From assembly GCF_006345805.1 (NCBI RefSeq), contig NC_043007.1, forward strand, positions 74,338,001 through 74,402,000: a stretch of 64,000 nt of DNA, given 5' to 3'. This document shows positions 11,222 to 24,406 of the stretch, one piece after another (within the stretch, counting starts at the first letter, position 1; the number at the start of each line of letters is the position of its first letter). The position numbers and the translations under genes are program-made. Origin of the DNA: Octopus sinensis (lineage: Eukaryota). The notes beneath the pieces are model-generated. The model worked only from the letters and a program-made list of their open reading frames with translations. It did no database searches and was not told the origin of the DNA.

Positions 11222-11590
11222 GTGGTTGTGTGGTAAGTAGCTTACTTACCAACCAAATGGTCCTGGATTCAGTCCCAGTGCATGGCACCTTGGGCAAGTG
11301 TCTTCTAGTATAGCCTCAGGCCGACCAAAACCTTGTGAATGGATTTGATATACGGAAACTGAAAGAAGCCCGTCGTGTGTGTATGTGTGTGTGTGCTTGT
11401 GTGTCTGCATTTGTCCCTTACCATCACTTGACAACCAATGTTGGTGTGTTTATGTCCCTGTAACTTAGCAGTTTGGCAAAAGTGACCAATAGAATAAGTA
11501 CTAGGCTTACAAAAAATAAGTCCTGACTAAAGGTGGTGCTCCAGCATAGCCACAGTCAAATGACTGAAACAAATAAAAGAATAAAAGAAT
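11222..11590 (+). mobile_element. SINE family A
   Basis: Same head, body and tail as 4175-4578. Confidence 0.85.
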
Positions 11591-12145
11591 AAAATATTGT
11601 ATTTATTTATATGAAAATAAAGTTTCTTTAAAAATGAAAAGATTTTGCATAACTTTTAGTTTTTACCTATACTTTCTGTAATATTGAAATCTGAATTTTA
11701 GTTTAACATTTGACTTTATATTATTGTTTTTTTTTCTTACAAAAAAATTTACTATATTTTTAACATAAACATTTAATATTAAAAATTTTGGCTTTATTGT
11801 TAATTTTTTTTTATTTTTCCAATCTATGTTTTAATTTTTTTTTTGAGACTTTATTAAATTGAGCAATAGCAGAACCTATTACATACATTTTGTTTTATTT
11901 CCTATTTTCAAATATATCATACTCTTCCTCTTGCTAAAATTTAAAAAATAGTTTTCAGTTTTTAAAATTGAGTTAGTATTTCTTAGTATGTTACTATAAT
12001 GATTTGATAATGTTTCAACACGTCTCTTGATTTTTAAGAATCACATTATTTCATGTATATGGAAACTATGGATCAAACTTGATTATAATCTGTTAACTGA
12101 AAAAGATGTTTGTCTTTACGCGATAATAATATCTAAGGTTTATAC

Positions 12146-12492
12146 CAGTGGTCCTTAACCTGAGTCTTATAACAAAAAAAAAATTACAAAATAAAGGCAA
12201 ATGTTAAAGCTACAATTCAGAATTAGTAGGGGTTTTAAGGGATATGAAGTGGGGTCAATAAATAAAGAAAATGGTAAGCGGCGCTAAGATAGTAGAATAA
12301 GAAAACTAAAGGTATAAGTCGATACTTTTGCATTTTTTCATAAACTTCTCATTATTTGACCATGCTCTCGTTAAGAGAATAACAAATATAATTAGAGAAA
12401 TTCCTGCTTTTTCTCAAGAGCTCGTGCCCCCTTGCAAGTTACTGATGTCCCCTAAGGGAAAAGGTGCATGCCCCTGAGGTTAAGAACTACTG
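12146..12492. mobile_element. hAT-type MITE
   Basis: TIRs cagtggtccttaacct / aggttaagaactactg; imperfect 8-bp TSD gtttatac/atctatac. Confidence 0.6.
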
Positions 12493-13844
12493 ATCTATAC
12501 ACTGTGGATGCCCATTTATAGAGTAATATATACAAGAAAATCATGGGTGAGAAGGGGATTCCAAAGGGTTTCAGAACTAGGATTAAATGATTTATCATTT
12601 GTTTTTACTTGTTTCAGCCATTGAACTTTGACCATGCTGGAGCACCAGACACCAGTACTTGTGTTTTTTTTTAAGTCTGGTACTTATTGTATAAGTCTCT
12701 CTCACCAAATTGCAAAGTTACATGGATATAAACAAACCATGACTGGTTGTTAACTAGTGGAGTGGAGGACAAACATAGACAGGCGTGCGCGTGCACACAC
12801 ACACACACGCGCGCAATACACACATATATATATATACAATAGTCTTCTTTCAGTTTTTGTCTACTAAATTCATTCAAAATGCATTAATTGGCCCAGGGTT
12901 GTAGTAGAAGATATTTGCTTAAAGTGTCACATAGCAGGATAAATCCTGAAGACACACATGGTCGCCAAACAGGTTTCTTTACTACACAACCATGTCAACA
13001 TTTTCAAAGAAGGCCAATAATTTTTTTATTGAACTCATTAATAACAAAGATACTTTTATTTTGACTAAGTAGGGAGACCTTACATTCTACTAAAAATGTT
13101 ATAAATGTCACAGGCTGGTGTTTGTTTACTGCTGGTGAATGAAAAAGTATTTCTAGGGCTGTGTGTAGAAATAACAAGCAACATTCATTAACAATTAACA
13201 GAAGATTTTATTACTACACATAAAGTTTCTGTGCTGGTCTTCTTTTCTCATACTAACAGTGACAATTACACACTGTGAGAGACAGACTGTTGGGATCTAT
13301 GACATTTTAAACTGGTATAGCGATCTGTAGCTGGCCCATCACAACTGGAAAATAATCTAACTATATTCATGGTGACAAAATTTCTGTCTCCAATCTACCA
13401 TCGGCTGGTGGAAAATGAGAATGGAGACATTGAACAGTTGTCTCAACATTCTAGGATTACAACCAAAAAAATGCCTTTATATAGGGTACAATGAGAAAGT
13501 TCTAGAAAGTCGAATTATGCAATGGTTTGATACTGATTGGTCATTTAATAGGCCGATCATATGAAACAACTGTGGTCTGACTGTGGTGTCTACTTGGTTA
13601 TCAAGTGATTCAATTTTGAATTCGCTACATAAACTTTAGTGTAACATTAGAATTCCAAGAATACATATTATGTTTCTGAGAATTGCTTTATATCTTATGC
13701 TACAAATAAATATAGACTGATGTAAAAAACAAGTAATGACTCTTTCAAAACAGGGATCCTCTATGAGCTCTCTTGACCAGCTACAAAAAAGCAGTAAAAT
13801 CACCTGTATCCTCTTAAATAAGAAGAATATACTTACTCTTTTAC

Positions 13845-14088
13845 TCTTTTACCTGTTTCAGTCATTTGACTGTGGCCATGCTGGAGCACCGCCTTTAGTC
13901 GAGCAAATCGACCCCAGGACTTATTCTTTGTAAGCCTAGTACTTATTCTGTTAGTCTCTTTTGCTGAACTGCTAAGTTTATTGGGTGTAAACACACCAAC
14001 ATCAGTTGTCAAGTTATGTTGGGGGGACAAACACAGACACACAAACGTATACACACACATACACATACATACACACATACACACACAC

Positions 14089-14128
<40 letters not shown>

Positions 14129-14325
14129 TATATATATATATATATATATACATATATATAAGATGGGCTTCTTTCAGCTTCTGTCTACCAAATCCACTCA
14201 CAAGGCTTTGGTCAGCCGGAGGCTATAGTAGAAGACACTTGCCCAAAGCGCCATGCAGTGGGACTGAACCCAGAACCATGTGGTTGGTTAGCAAGCTACT
14301 TACCACACAGCCATTCCTACCCCTA
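13845..14325 (-). mobile_element. SINE family A with (CA)n/(TA)n interior
   Basis: Reverse complement of 4175-4578. Confidence 0.85.
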
Positions 14326-14679
14326 CTTGGACAATATATTTTATCATCATCATCATCATCATCATCATTTAATGTCCATTTTCTCTGTTGGAATGGGTTG
14401 GACAGTTTGACAGGATCCAGCAAGCTACAGGGCTGCATGAAGCTCTAATGTCAGCTTTGATGTGGTTTCTATGGCTGGATGCCCTTCCTAATGCCAACCT
14501 CTATAAAGTGTGTATCAGGTGGGGATTTTTTCATGCCAGAAGCACAGGTGAGTCACCGACTAACTTGCAAGACATGAAAAGAACAGGACACAAGAAGAAT
14601 GAGATGCTCTTAATTAGGATATCATTGGTCATGTCGGTTTGATCAGGACTGACATAAAGCTAAACAGCATCATCATCAT

Positions 14680-15180
14680 CATCATTGTTTAACATCTGCT
14701 TTCCATGCTAGCATGGGTTGGATGATTTGACTGAGGGCTGGCAAACCAGATGGCTGCACCAGGCTCCAATCTTGATCAGGCAGGGTTTCTACAGCTGGAT
14801 GCCCTTCATAACGCCAACCACTCCAAGAGTGTAGTGGGTGCTTTTACATGCCACCGGCACAGGGTCCAGTCGGGTGGTACTGGCAATGACCTCACTTGAA
14901 TCTTTTTACACATGCCACTGGCATAGGTGCCAGTAAGGTGACGCTGGTAATGATCACGCTCGAATGGTGCGTTTTACATGCCATCATCATGGAAGCCACT
15001 CTGGCAACGATCACGCTCGAATGGTGCTCTTAGCATCCAACTAGCATGGGGCACAAGTGCCAGTAAGGCAACGCCGGTAATGATCACACTCGAATGGTGC
15101 TTTTATGTACCACTGGCACGGAAGCCAGTTAGCTGCTCTGTCAACGATCACACTTGTATGGTGCTCTTTGCACATGGATA
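14680..15180 (-). mobile_element. SINE family C (variant body)
   Basis: (CAT)n tail and the ggatgccctt..aacgccaaccactcc motif. The body matches 56310-56940. Confidence 0.8.
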
Positions 15181-15457
15181 GGAATTTATGTTTTGATACA
15201 ACTATAGTTTAACCTTTTCCTCTTTTATTATTTTTTTTTTTCTGTTTTGCAAGTTACTTGGCAATGTTGCTAGTACAAGTGTCATGAAAAAGAAACAAAA
15301 ACTACCCAGTACAGACTGACGAGTAGTTGGCGTGAGGCAGGGCATCCAACCATAGAAACTGTGCTGAAGCTGATGTTGGAGCCTGAAACAACTCTAATTT
15401 ATTTGATTCTGTTAAACCATCAAACCCTTTTCAGCAAGGATAACAGATATTAAGTGA

Positions 15458-15885
15458 TGATGATGATGATGATGACAATGGTGGTGATGGTAATGATGAT
15501 GATGATGATAACGACAGCATTGAAAATGATGACGATGATGATATTGATGATGAGATGATGACGATTATAACAATGATGATGACGGTAATGATGACAACGA
15601 AGGCAAAGATGAAGACGATGGAGTGATGATGATGGTGGTGGTGGTGGCAGCAGCGGTGGCGGTGGCAGCGGTGGCGGTGGTGGTGGCGGCAGCGGTGGCG
15701 GTGGCGGCAGCGGTGGTGGTGGTGGCGGCGGTGGCTGCGGCAGCGGCGACGGCAGCGGTGGCGGTGGTGGCGGCGGCAGCGATGATGGTGGGTGTGGTGG
15801 TGGTGGTGATTGGGATGATGATGATGATGGTGGTGGTGGTGGTGATAATGATGATGATGATGATGAGGAGGAGGAGGAGGAGGAT
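15458..15885. repeat. Compound trinucleotide repeat (GAT/GGT/GGC/AGC/GAG)
   Basis: Direct inspection. Confidence 0.9.
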
Positions 15886-16582
15886 GTAAGCTCTAGTATC
15901 ATTTCTTTATCATGCATTCTATTCTGGGTAATCCAATATCAGAGCTTGTGTAGATAATGTTACAACTCCCACTTGTATTGTCCATTATGAAGTATACTTT
16001 TACCAGAGTTAATTTGAGTAGAATTAACAGCTGTTCTTGTTGAAATAATTTATTACAAATAAATATCGTATAGCTTTTAAATAAGGGAAAAGAATGTCAA
16101 GTGTTTGAAGGTCGTTTTGCAACCATTTGGTTTCAAGTTTATTTCCTCAGCGCAGCATCTGGGGCAAGTGTTTTCAACTATAGACTGGAACTCCGTCGGT
16201 TATGACAAAAACGGATCCAGTTGACCTGATCAATGGAACAGCCTGCTCATGGAATTAATGTGCATGTGACTGAGCACTCAACAGAGACATGTGCCCTTAA
16301 TGTAGTTCTCAGGGAGATTCGGCGTGACACAGATTGTGACAAAGCTGGCCCTATGAAATACAGGTACTACTCATTTTTGCCAACTGAGTGAACTGGAGCA
16401 ACGTGGAATAAAGTGTCTTGCTCAAGGACACAACAAGTTACCGGGGATTGAACTCATGACCCTACAATTGTGAGCCGAGTACCCTAACCACTAAGCTATG
16501 TGCCTTCACTGTCTTCAACTATAGACCGAAGCAAACCAATGCTTTGTGAGGGAATTTGGTAGACGGAAACTGTGTAGAAGAC

Positions 16583-16992
16583 GGCGAGCTGGCAGAAATG
16601 TTAGCACGACGGGCAAAATGCCTAGCGGTATTTCGTCTGCCATTATGTTGTGAGTTCAAATTCCGCCGAGGTCAACTTTGCCTTTCATCCTTTCGGTGTC
16701 GATTAAGTACCAGTTACACACTGGGGTTCAAAGTAATCAACTTAATCCGTTTGTCTGTCCTTGTTTGTCCACTCTGTGTTTAGCCCTTTGTGGGTAGTAA
16801 TGAAATAGGTATTTCGTCTGCTGCTATGTTCTGAGTTCAAATTCCACCAAGGTTTGATTTTGCCTTTTATCCTTTCAGGGTAGATAAATTAAATACTAGT
16901 TATGCACTGGGGTTGATGTAATCGACTTAATCCCTTTGTCTGTCCTTGTTTGTCCCTTCTATGTTTAGCTCCTTGTGAGCAATAAAGAAATA
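16583..16992 (+). mobile_element. Dimeric SINE family B inserted in a family A-type SINE
   Basis: Two bodies joined at gaaata|ggtatttcgtctg. 18-bp TSD ggaaactgtgtagaagac at 16565-16582 and 16993-17010. Confidence 0.8.
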
Positions 16993-17012
16993 GGAAACTG
17001 TGTAGAAGACCA

Positions 17013-17048
<36 letters not shown>

Positions 17049-18735
17049 ACACACGTATGAATGTGTGTATGTCTTTGTGTTTTTATTTGTATTTGTCACT
17101 CAATCACCACCTAACAAATGGTGTTGATTTGATTATGGTCCAGGTGATAAAAAACTCTCAAGAGAGAGCTGAACAGCAGAAGGTCTTCAGAGAAGAAACA
17201 CCCACCTCCACCCCCACCTCCGCCCCCACCTCCACCCCCTACCTCAGACAAGTATTTTGGCCCTTAACTTCTTACGCATTAATGGGGGCCAGACCACATC
17301 TGTGTCATGGCTCTTGAGCACCCTTCTGCTGACACTATTTGGATATCAGAAGCTTGTGCATTTAAGCCTTTAGCATTTCAAATACCCCGGCAAATGTAAT
17401 GCTTCTTTATTCTCATTGTTTTGAATTAATAGAGCATTATTTTGTAGCTTTGAGATTTTGATGATGTGATAGTTTACTTTTATCATCTTCATCATCATTG
17501 CTATCATCATTATCATCTTCATTGTTGCCATCATCGTTATCATCACCAACATCATCATCATCAGTTAATATCTGTTTTCCATGCTGGCATGGGTTTGATG
17601 GGTTGACAGAATCTGATGTATCACAGAGTTGTTTCAGGCTCCAACAACAGCTTTGGCACCGTTTCTATGGCTGTATGCCCTTCTTAACATCAACCAGTCT
17701 ACAATGTGGCATTACAGAGTCAGTGCAAGAGATCAAATCTGGCCAGCTTGAACATAAAGCAGGTAGATTATTTGGGTCTAATAAGTTAAAGGGTCAAACC
17801 ACTTGAAGATTTCATCTAGTTGGATGAAGTCTCCAAGCAGTTTAAATGCTGAATTTTCCAGTTCAGCAAAAGAGTCAATAGACTTGGTACAAGACCTAAA
17901 AATAAGTAATGAGAGAAATTTGCTTGGCAAAAGCCTCTAATGTTGTGCTCCGGCATTTCTACAGTCCAATGGCTGAAACAAGTGAAAGATACTCAGAGCA
18001 GACCTCAAAGAGAGTGCAAATCAATGGAAAGGTCATGTATGGCAACAAAAGAACTGTAACTGGCAAACTACCAATTGATTGTTTAACCAGCACATTAAAC
18101 AAACAATTGATTAGCTAGTTAGTTTGATAAAAGATATGTTCTTCATTTCCTTGAATATTTTTATATCTCTTAGATAGAGGAGATATGATAGTAAAGTTAC
18201 CTTCTCAAGTCATACTTTCTCATAAGGGCTGGTTTCCCAGCTTCCATAGCATAGATATTCTCCACCTGGACGGGACACCGGTCTGTCAGAGGACTACTCA
18301 TTTTTTCCAACTGAGTGGACTGGAGCAATGTGAAATGAAGTGTTTTGCTCAAGAATACAACATGTCGCCTGGACCAGAAATTGAAACCACAATCTTATGA
18401 GCATGAGTCCAACACCTTAACCACCAAGCCTTGTGCCCCAACAAAAGGAGATAAGATAGGAAAATTATTGTGCTGATGATGGCTATGGAGGACAAAACAT
18501 GTGTCCTTTTCATCTCCAGACAATAAACCTGTCCTTTTCCTTAACTGTGTGTCAACTTTGGAGGATTCTTGATTCTTGAGATTGTCTTTCCTTTTCATAC
18601 GAAACTGATTTCATATAGAACAGGTTTTAATTACCATTTTATAATTATGGGACAACCCCTTTAAATAAATCAAGAATTTGTACTCTATGGTATTTGATAT
18701 ACCTGTATTTGTCCAAAAGTTTGTTTTAGAGTGAA

Positions 18736-19610
18736 GGTAAATGCACACAAGATGGGCAGAAAAAGCACTTCAAAGATACACTTAAAGCCTCACTGAAGTG
18801 CTTTCAGATCAACCCTGACATCTGTGAAATGCAATCACAAGACCATCCTGTCTGACATAGCTGCACCAGCAGAAGTGCCACCGCCTATGAACAGCATAGA
18901 ATCACAGGAACACAAAGAAAACACAAACTGTGCAAGTCCAGATCCAACTCCTTGCCTTCATTCAGCGACGTGCAACCAAGAGAATACCCTCCATCAGGTA
19001 TTTGCCATATTCTGAACACCTTACTTCCCTGGGCATGGATACATTGAAACTCCAACGTCTGGCAGCTGACTTGGCAGACACCCATAAAATTATTAATCAT
19101 CTTACTAACAATAACTCTGAGCACCTTTTCAAACTCCACCTGTGGACATGTTTACGAAGTCAGAAAACAGCACAGCTCCCATGACTTTCGGAAACATTTT
19201 TTCACACTAAGAGTTGCTGAAGCATGGAACAAACTGCCGGCATCAGTTGTTAGCTATTGGAGCACTGCATCCTTGAAAACTTCCATGCTTCCTGAGATTC
19301 ACCAACACTACACTTGATTTTCTCCCCTCCATACACACGTAAGCATGAATCTGACTCATACATTGTTCATTTTCAAGACATTTGTACATTACTGCATATG
19401 CTTTATACGCACTTATGACAAGTTGTGGTGCACCTGAGCACTGTATACAATAATTTCATTATTATTCCTAGCAGAACACCAGTGCCCAATCCATGGTAGA
19501 ACCTACCGAGCATGCATCAGCCTGATCAGCTATAGGTGGATGCACTGTGACCCATCTTCTCCTCCCATTTGATGTCCTTGTCATTATCGACAATGACCGA
19601 CGAACATTAT
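18736..19610 (+). mobile_element. RTE-clade LINE 3' remnant interrupted by CR1
   Basis: GKCTQDGQKKHFKDTLKASLKCFQINPD... before the insert and EHQCPIHGRTYRACISLISY (RTE C-terminal knuckle) after it, then an RTE-like 3' end gaccgacgaac. Confidence 0.75.
18964..19463 (+). mobile_element. 5'-truncated CR1 LINE 3' end
   Basis: QRRATKRIPSIRYLPYSEHLTSLGMDTLKLQRLAADL and HDFRKHFFTLRVAEAWNKLPASVV are CR1 ORF2 C-terminal motifs. Tail tatacaataatttcattatt. Confidence 0.85.
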
Positions 19611-20189
19611 TTGTCCACATAAATTTTTAATGGCATATTTTTACTACTTCTACTTGACAGAGTCATCAGAATGTTGAACAAAATGCCTCTAGTAATTAGT
19701 TCTGGTCCTTTACAGAATAAATTCAAATCCTACCAAGATCCTACCTGTTGCTCAACCCTCCAAGGTCAGTAAAATAAAGTAAATTAATATTCCTATAAAG
19801 TTTGTTTCTCTGTATGTTCTGAGTTCAAATTCCACTGAGGTTGACTTTGCCTTTCGTCCTTTCGGGGTCGGTAAAATAAGTACCAGTTGAACACTGGAGT
19901 CAATGTAATCAACTGATCCCCTCTCCTGGAATTGCTAGCCTTGTGCCAAAATTTGAAACCAATATTTCTATAAAGTAAAGGCAGTGAGCTGGCAGAATCA
20001 TTAGCATACTGAGCAAAATGCTTAGAGGCATTTTGTTCATCTTAACATTCTGAGTTCAAATTCTGTCATGGTTGACTTTGCCTTTCCTTCTTTCAGGGTT
20101 AATAAAATAAGGACCATTTGAACACTGGGTTCAATACAATCGACTTACTGGCTCTATGCTAAAATTTGAAATCAATATTCCTATAAAGT

Positions 20190-20490
20190 GGAGGTGCAAT
20201 GGCCCAGTGATTAGGGCAGCGGACTCGTGGTCGGAGGATCGCGGTTTCGATTCCCAGATCGGACATTGTGTGTGTTTATTGAGCAAAAGCACCTAAAGCT
20301 CCATGAAGCTCCAGCAGAGGTGGTGGGCCCCCCCTTTTTGTACTCTTTTGCTCCAACTTTCTCTCACTCTCGCTTCCTGTTTCTTGAGTAATGCTGCGAT
20401 GGACTGGCGTCCCGTCCAGCTGGGGGTAACACATATGCCACAGAAACTGGGAAACCAGGCCCATTAGCCTGGCTAGGCTTGAAAAGGACG
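20190..20490 (+). mobile_element. tRNA-derived SINE, family D
   Basis: ggtgcaatggcccagtgattagg...ggtttcgattcc head and ttgagcaaaa motif. Related copies near 16200-16510, 18200-18430, 30400-30700 and 33943-34058. Confidence 0.7.
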
Positions 20491-21331
20491 CATAAATAAA
20501 TATAAATAATTCCTAAAAAGGAGTTACCAAATTGGTGTGAATTTACCCCCAAGATCTCAATTTCACCCTCCCAGTGTCTCATTTTGCAGATTCTGGATTA
20601 AAATTGAATCTTTAACTACAATTGTAAAAAATCTGAAGTTGAAAATAAAATTTAAAATTAGCCTATTATTTTGAAAAAACACCAAATGATTTTTTTTTCC
20701 TTCTACCTTACTGGATTCAGCAGTCTCTCTTGTATACAGGCTAATTAATGTGTTGTTAATGAAGTAGTTTAATTAAGAAGACTACGTTTGGTTCTGCTTT
20801 CAGTTCACCAATTAGTTCTTAAGTGAAGTAACTATATCTTTATTGTTCACTTGTTTCAGTTACTGAAATAATGTGGCCATGTTGGGGCACCACACTGAAG
20901 TGTTTAGTCAAACAAATTGACCCTGGTACTTATCGTTTTTTTTTTTTTAAGTCTGGTACTTATCTCTTTTGCTGTACTGCCAGGCTATGGGCCATAAACA
21001 AACCAACACCAGTTGGTTTGTTTACGGCTCGTGGGTTTGTTATGCCGGGGACAAAGACAAACACAGGACGCGCACGCGTGCGCACATACACACACACACA
21101 CAACTACCACCGCTGCCACCTGACAACAGGAGTTGGTGTGTTTACGTCCCCATAAATGTAGTGTTCAGCAAAAGCGACTGATAGAATAAGTACAAGACTT
21201 AAAACATAAATAAATAAATAAGTAGTTGGGGCAATTCCTTCGACGAAAAATACTGATCAACATTCTGTCCAGCCTGCAAATGATTCTGCCAATATGTCGT
21301 CACCTTTTTTGCAGTTCAGATATAAATGTTT

Positions 21332-21763
21332 GGATCTTTTCAGTTTGACCGGCAGTTTTTAAAAATAATTTCCACGTAACTAAGCACTTTTAAACTTCGT
21401 ATACTGGTAGAATGTGTTTATAAAACATCTTTTTCTCTTGGCTTTATTGAGAAAATTCTATAGTTTGTAAGATATTTGTTGTTGTTTTTTTCTTCAATTT
21501 CTGCAATTTCAACCAATCAATGACGTCTACTGAGGTAAAAAAAACATTCTGCGCCGTATGGATATGTCCCTCATTTAAGAAACAGATTGGGTTTATTTAC
21601 ATTTCTGAAGAAAAAAAGATCCAGATACCCTTCCCCCCACCCTAACACCACCCCTAACCCTAAAACAGATTGAAATGCAATAGATCGATTCTAGGGTCAT
21701 AATTATGGGTGACAATTTCATATGCACCCCAAGAAAAAACTGCCGTTCAAACCGAAAAGATCC
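21332..21763. mobile_element. Non-autonomous TIR element with 8-bp TSD (Merlin-like)
   Basis: 29-bp TIRs ggatcttttc(a/g)gtttga(c/a)cggcagttttt; TSD aaatgttt at 21324-21331 and 21764-21771; internal ccctaaccctaa. Confidence 0.8.
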
Positions 21764-22197
21764 AAATGTTTAAAAATTATTTAAAATTTCCCTTGTCAGA
21801 TGTATTAGATATATAAACTGTAATGACTGAACTGGGGTAAGTTTACTTTCAAAAAGTTGCCAAGGAATAAATGGTAAATAAACGGTATAAAGTATCCAAT
21901 ATATGAACAGATTTATAACGGGATAATAATCCAGTCTTCTACTAACGTTGTACAAATTAATTTGTTCATAGATATTAATTTATAGCCGTTCGTTTCCTGA
22001 CAGGTTTCCTTAGCTTTTCCTGAGACGATTCTCTCCCTTGCACTGTGCCATTTACTCAACAGTTCTGTTGTTTCCTTGGCAGTGTGAAGTAATACGCGAG
22101 ATAGTTTCATAAATTGACGAAATCTCACGCTTTGGGATCAAATTCGGTTTATGAATCCGTGGTAAAATTAAGGATACTCACGAGTCAACGATTACTA

Positions 22198-22330
22198 AAC
22201 GCACTTTATACGCACTTTTGACAAGTTGTGGTGCACCTGAGCACTGTATACAATAATTTCATTATTACTATCATTATTATTAATATCATTATCATTATTA
22301 TTATTATTTATTATTAATATCATTATTATT

Positions 22331-22365
<35 letters not shown>

Positions 22366-22400
22366 TATTAATATTATTATTATTTTTTTTTTCTTCTTTC
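22198..22400 (+). mobile_element. CR1 3' UTR tail followed by expanded (TTA)n
   Basis: ctttatacgcacttttgacaagttgtggtgcacctgagcactgtatacaataatttc is near-identical to 19402-19458. Confidence 0.75.
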
Positions 22401-22580
22401 AAATTTGCTTCCATTTCTTGCCGGGTGTCTTCCCGACTCCTAGGGCAAAGAAACTCATAGTATACATTGGTAGGCCATTAAACCAAACTCAATAGTTCGT
22501 TCATTTAAAATTAAAAAAATTTTTTTTTTCAAGTTAAATTAAAATACATGAGCAGCAACAGTTCTCACATCGACATAATA

Positions 22581-22611
<31 letters not shown>

Positions 22612-22945
22612 CATTATTATTATTGTTGTTGTTGTTGTTGTTGTTGTTATCATTATCGTCGATTATCATTAAACTTGCTAGAAGTAGCGGCTGGATTGTT
22701 CTCAAATCACTTCTTTTCATGTTTGAAAAGGAAAGATATATGATGGATGTATTTATTAATTAATACAGCTGTATCACCTTTCAAAATAATGAAATAATGA
22801 TGGATAATATTTATCCCCGCTCAAACGTGGATATTCTATCAGGACAAACTTTACTGTTTTAACAGAAAATCCACGTTTAGGTGTGGATAAACATTACCTC
22901 TGTGTATTAATACTGTTTCTGTCGTCAATATATATTGTGGATAAG

Positions 22946-23175
22946 GGCGGCGAGCTGGCAGACACGTTAGCGCGCCGGGTGTAATGCTTAGCGGTATTTT
23001 GTCTGTCGTTACGTTCTGAGTTCAAATTCCGTCGAGGTCGACTTTTCCTTTCATCCTTTCGGGGTCGATAAATTAAGTACCAGTTTCGCACTGGCGTCGA
23101 TGTAATCGACTTAATCCCGTTGTCTGTCCTTGTTTGTCCACTCTATGTTTAGCCTCTTGTGGGCAATAAAGAAAT
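22946..23175 (+). mobile_element. SINE family B (CpG-retaining copy)
   Basis: Full body ggcggcgagctggcagacacg...aataaagaaata. Confidence 0.85.
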
Positions 23176-24406
23176 ATATATATTATGGATAAGTACTTCT
23201 AAGTACTGATTCTGCGAGAAATAACAGCCAAATCTCCCTCAAATCATATTCTAGTCTTAAAAGAGATGAGTACATTTGATAACGCAGTCCTAGATACATT
23301 GTGTCTGAGTAAAAATATAGAATGACAATGGCTAGAATACTTTTCTTCGTAGGTTTTCCTTTTTCCTCCATTCAGGACTGACCTGGGTCTAAATAAGAAC
23401 AACAGGAAATCTTAGCATTTGCATCTGTATATGAAATTGTTTCAGTAATTTGACTGCGGTCGTGCCGGGGCACTGTCTTGAAGTATTTTTAGTCGAATGT
23501 ATCAACCCCAATATTTATTTTTTTTAAAGCCTGGTACTTATTCTATCGATTCTTTTGACGAACCGCTTGCTTACAAGGAAGCGAACATACCAGCACTGGT
23601 TGTCAAACAGTGGTGGGAGACAAACACAGACACACATTACTATCATCATTTAACGCCCGTTTTCCATGCTGGCATGGGTTGGATAGCTTGACAGGAACTG
23701 GTAAAGCTAGGGGCCATACCAAGTTCCATAGTGTGTTTTGATTTGATTTCTATGGCTGGATGCCCTTCCTATTGATAACCACTACACAGTGTACTGGGTG
23801 TCTTTTATGTGGCACCACCACAAGTGCTTTTTAAGTGACACCAACACTAGTACTTTTTATGTGGCACACAAATATATATATATATATGTGTATGTGAGTG
23901 TGTTTATATTATCATCATCATCATCGTTTAACGTCCGTTTTCCATGCTAGCATGGGTTGGATGGTTCAACCGAGTTCTGGGAAGCCAGGAGGCTGTGCCA
24001 GGCTCCAGTCTGATCTGGCAAGTTTTCTACAGCTGGATGCCCTTCCTAACGTCAACCACTCCGTGAGTGTAGTGGGTGCTTTTTACGTGCCACCGACACA
24101 GGGGCCAGAAGAGGCTGGCAAACGGCCACGATCGGTTGGTGCTTTATACGTGTCACTGGCATGGATGCCAGTCAGGCGGCGCTGGCCTCAGCTACGTTCA
24201 GACAGTGCTTTTTACATATCACCATATATATATATATATATATCATCATCATCATCATCATCGTTTAACGTCCGTTCTCCATGCTAGCATGGGTTGGACG
24301 GTTCGACCGGGGATCTGAGAAGCCAGAAGGCTGCACCAGGCTCCGGTCTTATCTGGCAATGTTTCTACAGCTGGATGCCCTTCCTAACGCCAACCACTCC
24401 GTGTCA

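Noticed and set aside
13260-13480. Acceptor-like site ctcatactaacag followed by short open frames
   Set aside because: All frames stop early and no protein similarity was recognised.
17190-17245. Apparent polyproline exon
   Set aside because: A 12-bp unit (ccacctccaccc) repeated three times; the proline frame is closed by stops upstream.
21913-22128. 71-aa minus-strand ORF in CpG-containing unique sequence
   Set aside because: No family motif and no convincing flanking splice sites.
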